DNA from: Basidiobolus meristosporus CBS 931.73
Taxonomy: Eukaryota > Fungi > Basidiobolomycota
Assembly (NCBI GenBank): GCA_002104905.1
Contig: MCFE01000552.1
Coordinates: 1 to 59,217 of the forward strand
DNA: 59,217 nt
Direction of reading: 5' to 3'
Part shown: piece by piece, positions 12,983 to 23,494 of the stretch
How the letters are laid out: the number at the start of each line of letters is the position of its first letter
Numbering within the stretch: position 1 is the first letter of the stretch
Notes under the pieces: model-generated
What the model saw: only the letters and a program-made list of their open reading frames with translations
What the model was told of the DNA's origin: nothing
The model's database searches: none
Program-made: the position numbers and the translations under genes

Positions 12983-13552
12983 CCCATGGAACAAGTCAAG
13001 TGCATTCTGCTTGGCCTTGTGTTCCTGATGGTCCCTTGGTATGCTGGCCTTAAGGTGTTGGCATGCTAGACTTCTGACAGCCTCTTGAATATTAGCCTAC
13101 TCTTCATTATTGCTCTTAATGGCTTTACAGATCCTCAACATATTTTGATTTTGGGTTTTGGCATAAGCACCACATTGTCTCCCTCCCATGTTGTGATAGG
13201 TTTTTCTGAGGGTTTTATCTTTGGGCACCATTGTTGTGATTCAAAGACTCTGTGGTGTTCCTCTGCTGTTACATTGGGAAATTGCTTAACTCTTGGCTGT
13301 GACATAGTGCTACATTAGATCATTCTTTGCAGCAAAAAAACTGCTTTCTTTACCTGGGATATTGATTGCTCTACACCTTTTATCCGCTCATTCTGTTTCT
13401 GGACTATTTTCTGATTTCTCTGGGCCATTGCATGTATCCTATCAGTCACTGCACCTAATTGCTTCATTAATGCTTTAGTATGAGCTGACCACATACTTGC
13501 TAATGTGGGTGGTGGTGATGTTATGAAGGCTGCTTGCTGGTCTTCAACTGAT
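12983..13552 (-). pseudogene. Second copy of the orphan coiled-coil ORF
   Basis: ASVEDQQAAFITSPPPTLASMWSAHTKALMKQLGAVTDRIHAMAQRNQKIVQKQNERIKV, homologous to 9060-9630. Confidence 0.5.
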
Positions 13553-14229
13553 GCTAAATGGCTTTCATGTTGAAGCGCATATTATCATCCGCATTGGAGA
13601 TGCCCCAGCCATCAGCAAGATAGCTGGCTTTTCTGTGCACAATGGATGGTATTGCTGTCAACTGTGTGAGATCCAGGGGATATACCCCATAGCTCACACA
13701 AATTATTATCACCCCAACACCAGGACTAAGGACATCATCTTCCCACAGAGAGAATTTACAGAAGTAAGCATGCAATTGCAGTACAGTTGGCATGCTATAA
13801 GTCATTGGCTGGAATATGGAATCAATTGGAAACCAGAGATACTTAGGATAGAGGGTATCTGTTGAAGCAAACGCTTTCCACTGAGAGCAATTGGTTTGCT
13901 TCTCAGCATTATCCCTATACTGATTACTCAGTTGTATATGGGGCGTTTCAAGCTAAATGAGCCCTTCAAGATACCAGAGAAATTTTAAAGAATTGGCTAG
14001 ATATTACAGAGCATCTGCTACCCTAAGCACTTCTCACCTGTTCCAATCAATATCCATATGCATATGCAACTATACAAATGCAAAGACTGGATGAACTGGA
14101 TGTGAATTTATTCAAGTAGCTCTCTGAGGCCATTCCTACCAAGAGCACATTGGAAGCACTGGGAGTCATATGTGGACGTTGTAGGAATATTTATCCAGAA
14201 TTGGATCACCAATGCCCACATGTCACATC

Positions 14230-17200
14230 TGTTGTAAAAATTTGTATTTCCACCTAAATATTCACCTAACTTAGTCACTTAGATCATTACCTTTAAATTC
14301 TGGAGAATACTGACCAAATTCCTTGTTGGGATTTACTTAGAATATTTTCACCAAAATACCAGGTACCCAGAGCTTGAAAATTCTCACATTTGTCCAAACA
14401 GCCTCAAGCTTTGCACACATGCTCCTGGGTCCTTTCTTAACCTTTTCTACAAGTTTGCTAAGCCAAGTCCATGTAAAGGTATAAATACTTCTTTTACTGT
14501 CAATAAATCATTATGTGAAAACCACATAATCTACTTGTCCTCCCAATCACTTCCAATACCTCCAGACTCTTACAACAGGTTATGAGCCCCAAACTGTCAC
14601 TCTCTGCAATGTCTACAACTGCTATTACTGGAACTTTTCCCTCTGCTGAAAAGTTGGAAGGATCTAACTACCAAGTGTGGAAGGTGAAGATCAAGATGCT
14701 GCTACAAGAAAGGGGCCTTTGGGATATTGTCATGGGAGAAGAATGCCCTCCTAAAAATGTGGGAGAGGAAGCCTAAAGTGCCAGAAGAAAGAACAAAGTG
14801 CCTTTAACTGCATTTGCCTTAATATTAACTACAAATTGCTAATTCAATGCTCAAGAGCAAAAACAGCAAAGAATGCCAGGAAGGCATTAGAAGACACCTA
14901 CCAGTCATGCTCAGCTGCTAAGAAAATGTATCTGAGGCACAAATTCTTTACAACAAAGATGCTGCCAGGAGAAGAAATGAAAAATGTAATTAACAGAATT
15001 ACCCTGCTTGTAGATGAAATGGAATCTGTGGGCATACCAACTACTGATGAGAATGTGGTAGTTACCATCCTGAATAGCCTGACAGACAAGTTTCAGGGCC
15101 TTGTATCAGCCCTAGAGTCCAGAACTGAAGATCTGACCTTAAAGTAAATATATGGAAGGCTCCTGGATGAAGAATTAAGAAAATTAAGTGCCAATAAGAA
15201 GGAAGAAGAAGATGCTTTAATAAGTAATGATAACCAACAAAGAAGGTACCCAAGACCCTACAAAGGCAACAGCAACCTGTTTTGCAACTACTGCAAAAGG
15301 AAAAGACACACATCAGACCGGTGCTTCAAAAAGAAAGATAGTCTGCAGAAAAAGCCTGAATATGGAAATGCTACAACAACTGAAGATAGACTATTCATAT
15401 CTGCACTAAATATGACCACAAACAAGGATTCTCAGACCTGTTATATTGACTCTGGAGCATCTCAACACTATACACACCTAATAGAACTTTTTACCCAATA
15501 TTAAGAAATTCCAATTGAGAAGGTATTCATGGGTTACAATAGAACACTCAATGCAGTGGGAGAAGGAACTATCCAAGTAAACCTAAGAAGCAGTGAAGGA
15601 AGCCATACTCTGATCTTTAAAGAAGTACTCTGTGTACCAGATATAGCCAAGAATCTACTATCTGTAAGCAAGGCCACTGCAGAAGGACTCAGTTTCAGCT
15701 TTGACAATTCTGGATACAAGATCACTGATCATAATGGTGCCTGTATTACTTAGGGTATCAGAGATCAGAATCTATACAACTTGACTTATATTCCATCATA
15801 TTTGAAAGCCAATATAAGTAGCTTAAATGAAGAAACACCAATGCTTTGGTACAGGAGTTTGGGCACATCAATTTTGATTATTTGTGCAAAATGATCAATG
15901 ATCAGCTATTTTCTGGAGTAAAAATTGATCCCCCAGCTAGTTTGAAGCACTGTGGAGCCTGCATATTTGGGAAACAAGCCAGACAACCATTCAAGAGCTC
16001 TGTGTTGGTCAAAACTAAGTAAAAATTAGCTCTAATGCATTCAGATCTATATGGACCTATGCAAACTTATCCTTAGGAGGGATTAAGTATTTGATCTCCT
16101 TTATTGATGATTGTACAAGATACATGTGGGTCTACTTCATGGAGAGAAAGGAAGAAGCTATGAGTAAGTTCAGGGAGTTTAAGGCCATGGTGAAGAGAGA
16201 AACTGGTGAAAAACCAAGAAATACGCTCTGACAATGGTGGAGAATATACCTCAAAACTCTTCATATACTTCGGCAAAATTCATGGGATAAAGCAAGAGAC
16301 TACCGTACCATACTCCCCACAGCAAAATGGAGTAGCAGAATGTGCTAACTGATCAATAATTGATATGGCAAGATCTATGATCCATGATCAAAAATTATCC
16401 TATGATTTTTGGGTGGAATCAGTTGCCACTGCTGTATATCTTAAAATAGGAGTTATAACAGAATACTTTATGGCTCTTCTCCATTTGAAGCATGGTATGG
16501 ATACCAACCAAGTGCAGAACATCTAAGAATACTAGGGTGTACAGCATATGCCAAGAAACTGCCTGCAAAGCAGTCAAAATTTGAACCAAAAATGTAAAAT
16601 GCATATTTTTGGGTTACTGCAATGAGAGTAAAGCATACAGACTCTACAATATCAAGGCAAAGAAACTAATCAAGTCCAGGGATGTGTTGTGTGATGAGAA
16701 TTCAAAATTTTCACAAAAATGACATCAGATGATGAAGAGAATCTGATCTCAAGTCCACCAATTTGTCAGGACTGAATCACAGCAAAACAATGAAATATCT
16801 TTCACTCCAGACAACTCTACAACCAAGGTTCAGCCAGAATCAGTGCCCAGGAATAACCCAGAAGTGATCATTCTAGTTTTCAATGCCCGGAGATCCAATT
16901 GGACAAGAAATAGCCCAAAATACTAGACTTGTTCCGATGGATAGCACCACATTGAGCCATGAGTGCCAAATGATGCCAAAGTGAGCCACGGAGGCCAAGT
17001 GAGCCTATATTTGGCTACAGAGTGTGAAGCATAGTTCTGCATCTTCATGCAAAGCAGCCCTTGTGTTTCACCCATTGTGTTGGAGAAAATCCATTTTTTG
17101 ACCTTTTTTTAAGGTCAATGTTGTACAGGATGTGTAAGAGCACAGAAGAACCGTAGACATGCATCAGGTACCCAATGCCCATGGCACTCTGAATCTAGCT

Positions 17201-19575
17201 CCTGTGGCTTGTAACATGTCACAAAAATGAATGGCACTATCTTGGTCCACTGGTACTATCTGGCACTAAAGTGCTTTCTGTTGATCTTACTTTAGGGCTA
17301 ATAATTAAATATAGTGCAAGTTAGTACCAGTGGACCAAGATAGTGCCATTCATTTTTGTGACATGTTACAAGCCACAGGAGCTAGATTCATAGTGCCATG
17401 GGTATTGAGTATCAGATGCATATCTTCAATCCTTTTGTGCTCCTACACATCCTGCACAACATTGATCCACAAAAAAACATCAAAAAATGGATTTTCTCCT
17501 GCATCATAGGTGAGACACATGGGCTACTTTGCATGAAGATGCAGAGCAATTGTTCACACTCTGTGACCAATTATAGGTTCACTTGGCCTCTCTGGCACAC
17601 TATGGCATCATTTAGCACTCATGGCTCAATGTGGCACTCTCCAATGGAACAAGTCTACTATATCAATGAGGGTCCAAACTTAGCCTGCACCTATTCAGTT
17701 CATATTGATGAACCCAAGACTGTAAAAGAGGCCCTAAATAGCGCTCAGACAAAGTTTTGGAGATCTGCAATGACTGAAAGTATCAGGCCCTGATGGAATA
17801 TCAAACTTGAGACTTATGATGTTACAATTGAAATATATAAAGTAAGAATTGTGGCCAAAGGATACTCTCAAACAAAAGGACTTCACTATACTGTGACCTT
17901 TGCACTGGTAGCCAAGTTTAATTCCATCAGATTTATATTGGCCATTGCATCCAGAAATAAGTTTTTTATTCATCAAATGGATGTAAAAACTGCATTTTTA
18001 AATGAAGAACTTGATGAGGACATGTATATGGACTAGGCTGATGGGCTTGCTAACCATGATAGCCCCCATTTGGTCTGCAAGCTTAAAAAGTCACTATATG
18101 GTCTCAGACAATCACCAAGAGCCTGGAATTGCAACATAGATTCTTATTTGGAATCTTTGAGTTTCAAAAGGAGTAATGCTGACTATGGTATAAACTATAA
18201 GCCAGATAGAGCAAATTCAGCTCTATTAGCTCTATATGTGAATGATCTTATTATAGCCACCAGTAATCTAGCAACATTTGGAAGAGACTAAGTGCAGCCT
18301 ATCTAAAGAGCTCAAGATGTCCAATCTAGGAGAACTCAGTCACTACTTAGGGATCAAGTTCTCCATAGACAGAAGTACCCAGACTATTACCCTTAGCCAA
18401 TCCAAGTATATTCAGGATATACTAAAGAAGTATTGAATGGAAGACTGTAAACTGGCAGCTACTCCAAAGGAGACAAAGCTTAGCTTGGGCAAAACTCAAC
18501 CAAATCAAGAGAGCTTGGTGCCATCTGAAAGCCCTGTCTTTCCTTATCAATCTATGGTTGGCAGTCTGATGTATATCATGCTTGGAACACGTCCAGATAT
18601 CTCATATTTAGTGGGAGTTGTCAGCCAACATAATCAGAACTATGGATCTGATCATATTGCAGCAGTTAAGCAGATTTTAGATACCTAAAAGGAACTGATG
18701 ATATCTGCTTACAATACACTTATAAGGACTCAGAACAGGATCTTGTGGGATACTCTGATGCTGATTGGGGACAAAATTTGGAAGACAGAAGATCCACCAC
18801 AGGATACACCTTTCTTTACTGTAAAGGAGCAATTTCATGGAATTCAAGAAAGCAACCAACCATTGCACTTTCTACCACAGAGGCAGAGTATATGGCAGCC
18901 TTTGAAGCTACAAAAGAAGCAATGTGGTTAAGAAAGCTTTTTACAGATTTAGGCCTATGTCAAAAAATGCCTGTTACTTTATTTCACAATAATCAAGGAT
19001 GTCTACAATTAGGTAGAAATCCAACTTTTCATGCTAGAACCACGCACATAGATATAAGACATTATTTCAAACGTGAAGCTATAGAAAATAACTTTGCTAG
19101 CTTAGCTTATTGTCCTACAGATGAAATGATTGCAGACATATTTACCAAACCATTAGCTAGAGGCAAGTTTGAATATCTTAGGTCAAAATTAGGACTGGTC
19201 AGTATGCACATTTAGCTGAGTGGGAGTGTTGTAAAAATTTCTATTTCCACCTAAACATTCACCTAACCTGGTCACTTAGATCATTACCTTCAAATCCTTG
19301 AGAATACTGACCAAATTCCTTGTTAGGATTTACTTATAATATTCTCACCAAAATACCAGGTACCCAGAACATGAAAATTCTCACAGTTGTCCAAACAGCC
19401 CCAAACTTTGTACACATGCTCTTAGGACCTTCCTAAACCTATCCTAAGTGTTGGTTATGCCAAGATCATGTAAAAGTATAAACACTACTTTTACAATCAA
19501 TAAATCATTAAGCAAAAACCACATAATCTACTTGTCCTCCCAATCACTTCCAAAATCTCCAAGACTCTTACAACA
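14230..19575 (+). mobile_element. Full-length degenerate Copia-B1
   Basis: LTRs 14230-14577 and 19227-19575; TSD ACATC; PBS GGTTATGAGCCC at 14578; PPT gagtgggag. gag-PR-IN-RT-RH fragments (GYSDADWG, HARTTHIDIRHYF). Carries a fold-back insert. Confidence 0.95.
16925..17656. mobile_element. Fold-back (long-TIR, MITE-like) non-autonomous element FB1
   Basis: AGACTTGTTCC...GGAACAAGTCT. Inverted arms ~16925-17258 and 17322-17656 around a 63-bp spacer. 3-bp TSD ACT; the empty site is visible in Copia-B2 at ~37140-37160. Confidence 0.92.
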
Positions 19576-21539
19576 ACATCTACATCTGTTGTGCAAGGAG
19601 TTTGTAACAGGATATGAGCAGCTATACTACAAACATATAGCTGAACATGTAGATATCTGCCATTAATGTATTCATTCTCCACTCCAACTTACTTGGTGAG
19701 TGGAGAATATTGGTCCTTGCTTCACCTTTTGGGAGTTTCTTATGGAGTAGATGTGTGGGGAGAGAGGAAGACAAGTCAAGTTGCAGGTACTGCCATATCC
19801 CAATCTCATCAAGAGTGTTACCTTCAAGTCTGTGATAGATGTGATGAGTTGGTACTTTGAGGACAGCCAGAAAGAGTTCAAAAATACTGAGGACAGATGC
19901 ATATATGGAGACACCTATGCCTATGGCATTAAAAATCTAAACAGCCCCAATGCGTGTGTAATCAGTTAAGTAATGCAAAGTTGGGTTGGATGCAACAAGG
20001 AACTAATTTTTATTAGGAAAGCTCAACCAAAGTATGTCCGGTTTCTCTTGGTTACAAGCCAACTTCTACATCATTCAATATGGAATTCTCATAAACAAGA
20101 GTCAGAGCACACCTACAAGGGGGACTAGAATCCAGCAGGGAGAAGAAATATATTGGCTAAATACCAAAGGGTTCTTTGCAAATATTCAGGAGGTATTGAT
20201 GGCAGAAGTGGCAGCAAACAAGCATGTATTTGCAAGATGTATATGTTACCAGCAGTACAAAGTATATACCACTTTGCAAGTATCACACTTAAAAGCTGTA
20301 AAGTTGAGGTGATAGAAGTATGTCAATTGTGGCAGGTGTGTGTATTTGTAGAGGTTAGTAAGCAGGAGGCCATAGTATTTTTTGATTCAAACTATATGTG
20401 GAATACCCAAGGTAGTACTGGGTAAGCAGATAAAGAGGGGTAATTCTACAGTGGAATATATAGATTGTACAAGGGGAGGTAGAAAATGGAAATGCCACTT
20501 GATAAACAGGTATGGTAGCATTGTACAGAACCAGCTGTAGGCTCCTATACTGCCATCATAATGCCATTAAATACTTGCAATGATGCTGTCAAATCACTGT
20601 CAAGTTTTTTGCTATATATGGGATATGGATGTTCTGGCCAGTTGGATCCATTTAAAATAGTTGTAGAGCGTATCAAGACCACAACAATGCCAGCATTTAC
20701 TGCCACAGTACCAATTGAGCCCCATCAATTTGTTAACTCTATTTGGCAGTAAATTTAGCCAAATGCCATTGTGATCCGGTCATCAAATTGTTCTGAGGGT
20801 CACTAATTCCAAGCTGCTGGTGTTACAACAGTCTCCAAACAGGATCCCAATGGCTGATCTGAATTGGATCCATCTGCAGCGTAGTGGGGTCACAGCAACA
20901 CCCACTGACATTTGTGCTCATTCCCATATTTTCTACTTCCCTATTTTTCTACCACCCATATTTTAGTATTATCCCATTTGTCTTACTTGATCCATACTAT
21001 CGCATAAGCTGGCTGACTATCACACCTGCTTACCTTATTACATAGGTTATCCCTCACTTTATATACATTTACATGATGTAAGTGTTTTATATTGGGCAGG
21101 TACCTATGCTGGTACCTGTAAATATGACAAAGCTGTGTCACCATCCCTACCACTTTCATTCCATATATGGTATCTCAATGTTACACAGGTTTCAGAATAC
21201 TGATTACTGATTGGTTGGGAGTGCTTTGCCTCTTGGAGCCTTCAGGTACCTAATTTGAACATTTGTAGCCCATTCTGATGTCATTAAGATTTTTATTAGG
21301 CCACTGGAATCATCTAGAACACCACAATTAGTTATCACTTTGCCAGTGAGAAAGGTGAACTTGTTCTGTTGGATAGTGCCACATAGTGCCAGCCTGTTTA
21401 TAGAGCCGGATCAATTTGGCACTTTTTGGCACTATCTGGCACTATAATTTCTACCATAATGCCAGTGGTAAGATATAGTTACTGGTAATCTTATTGTATC
21501 TTACTTATGTTGCATAGAATAGCGCTTTCCTTGCATTAT

Positions 21540-22420
21540 TTACTCTTCATGATGCTCCAGACACATTTCTCTCAGTGGATGTCTTCTTGTATGAATATAC
21601 TGTACATTGATAAGTATCTTAACTATTTTACCTATTCTGCTGTTTTCTCCTATATAAGACTTTCCTCCATATTTACCAGCCAATATGCTGAATCTCTTCA
21701 GATATCCAAATATTTGCTCAGCCTTCACTCTGCAATGATTAAATATCTCATTGTAGAGCTTCTGCTTTCTGATAAGCATACCATTCCTTGGCTTCCTATA
21801 TGCTTTAATACATCCTAATCTCTGACAATCCTCTCCTGTATAAGCTAAGTCTGCCACACATTTCTCCTGTCTACTGAATTCTGGATGATTCTCTACCCAG
21901 AGGGCTTTGTCATGCCTGCTTCCATCAAATGACTCACTACACCAGATAATGTTACCCTCAATGTCAGACAGTGCTTGAAACTTCAAACAGTGTGCCTTGT
22001 ACTTGCCAGAATAAAAGTGCCTCTGCCCTCTAGAAGGTCTGTTAATCCTGACTGAGAGGGTATCCAAAAAAATCCTTATATGGAACTTTTTGCTGAACAT
22101 GCTGGGATATGGAAATCTATTGGAGCTTCTGAACCTAGTACTCCAAGCTTGCTCTAATTCATTCATACCCTCTGCAAGGTGGTTCTCCATTGCTGTCAGC
22201 TGGGAATGAAAGCTTCTAGGACCTTTGTTGTCATGGATGGTGTGATGAGACCTTGTATGGCAATAGTTCTTGTAATAGCACAGAAGCTTAACAAGAGATC
22301 CCCATGAGTAGGTTGGGGTAGATGGTCCACAGTACTTGGTATAAATCTCCTCTAGTGTGTCAAAAGGAAATCCAGTGGTAGTGATGGGATTGATGAGAAC
22401 AGATCATTCAGATGAGTAAG
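21540..22420 (-). CDS. DDE_Tnp_4-type (IS5/Harbinger-like) transposase; 216-aa catalytic part open at 21540-22190, frameshifted N-terminal HTH upstream
   Basis: LDTLSVRINRP...YSGKYKAHCLKFQ...GSRHD...VADLAYTG...RVKAEQIFGYLKRFSIL, i.e. a D-D-E triad. Upstream TTGFPFDTLEEIY...LLCYYKNY resembles the HTH of this family. Confidence 0.85.
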
Positions 22421-22816
22421 TGATATTAAAACTGGCTGGTGCTTGGGCTGAGGCAAATTGATTTGATTTAGCACAATCTGCTTTAATTATCTGATTTTCT
22501 AAGCTTTATGAATAAATCTCCATCAATTGTCGTGCATCCCATCATAAGGTTGCAAAAATCATCCTCAAACAATGACTTAATATTTTTATTGATGCTTTAC
22601 TCACAAGTCTATAATCAGATAGGAAATCTTCAATATATGGGATTGGATCTGTATCAATGCAATCCAACATACATAATGCATAATAAATGGAAAACTCAAC
22701 AATTGCATTGGTTTTCATATATACTTCATATAAGACCAGGTTGATGCCAATACACTGCTGTATAAGTATCCAAATCCATCACTATGGTCCCTATTTCAAG
22801 TCTCAAATGATCTTTA

Positions 22817-23311
22817 GTGCAACCCAGACAAAACCCATCCCCCAGTTCACAAGCACAGTCCAGACCAGAGAAGTCAATGATGGATTTGTTTGAGTTCTTG
22901 CCAAATGATTTTAGTATGGCCCAAGTGTCTATGATGAGCCTTCATACAGATATTTGGGCACTACCCATTAATCTTGCAGAACTAGATACCTCAGAGAGTC
23001 AACAGAGATGGAGGAACCTGAGTAGAAAGTTGTGGCATGAGTTCTACATCAAGATGCCAGCAGATGTAGGTAAGAAGATATATAACAAGACAAGTATTGA
23101 AATCAAGAATGAGCTGAGAGTGAGGGGACTTGATGAGGAAGCCATGTGGGAACAGTTTTGCACACATCTTTCACAACATGGGACGGACATGTCCATTCAT
23201 GCCTCAACTTTGGGAACCAAAGAGATTTTGAATGAGTTTTTGCCTCAAATGACTAATGTATTACATGATATATTAGTAGAGCTAAGTGGCTTCCAGGTGC
23301 AATTGCATTGA
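22817..23311 (+). CDS. PHIS element ORF2, unknown function
   Basis: 164 codons open in otherwise decayed DNA, divergent from the transposase and inside the TIRs. No recognised domain; the true start is uncertain. Confidence 0.45.
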   Translation: MQPRQNPSPSSQAQSRPEKSMMDLFEFLPNDFSMAQVSMMSLHTDIWALPINLAELDTSESQQRWRNLSRKLWHEFYIKMPADVGKKIYNKTSIEIKNELRVRGLDEEAMWEQFCTHLSQHGTDMSIHASTLGTKEILNEFLPQMTNVLHDILVELSGFQVQLH

Positions 23312-23494
23312 ATTGCTATTATTTTTCATGATCCAAACAACATATTTTTTTTGCAATCCAAATTGAGTCATTGCCAATCAGTGATCACTAAATTTTTGAT
23401 ATAAGCAATATCAAGGTTGTCTCACATTTGAGACAGAGCCCCTATAAATAAATACCTTGCATATATATACATCATCTGTTACACCAGGGCAGCC

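Larger units (their letters stand above)
13553..20879 (+). mobile_element. CMC/EnSpm-type transposase remnant (copy C3), split by Copia-B1 (CMC parts 13553-14229 and 19581-20879)
   Basis: GDAPAISKIAGFSVHNGWYCCQLCEIQG resembles the Transposase_21/Tnp2 motif GDxPA..K..G..GH.G...C..C.I.G. The sequence rejoins across the ACATC TSD. Confidence 0.8.

Noticed and set aside
17398-17793. ORFs MGIEY(Q/L)MH... at 17398 (+), 30239-30499 (-) and 30619-31041 (+) as genes
   Set aside because: They are chance frames within the fold-back arms, run out into flanking DNA at different points and show no domain.
20875-20886. gcagcgTAGTG as a canonical CACTA right terminus
   Set aside because: Three other copies continue ~25 nt further and end in TAGGG; copy C3 diverges from them just before this motif, so it is probably foreign sequence.
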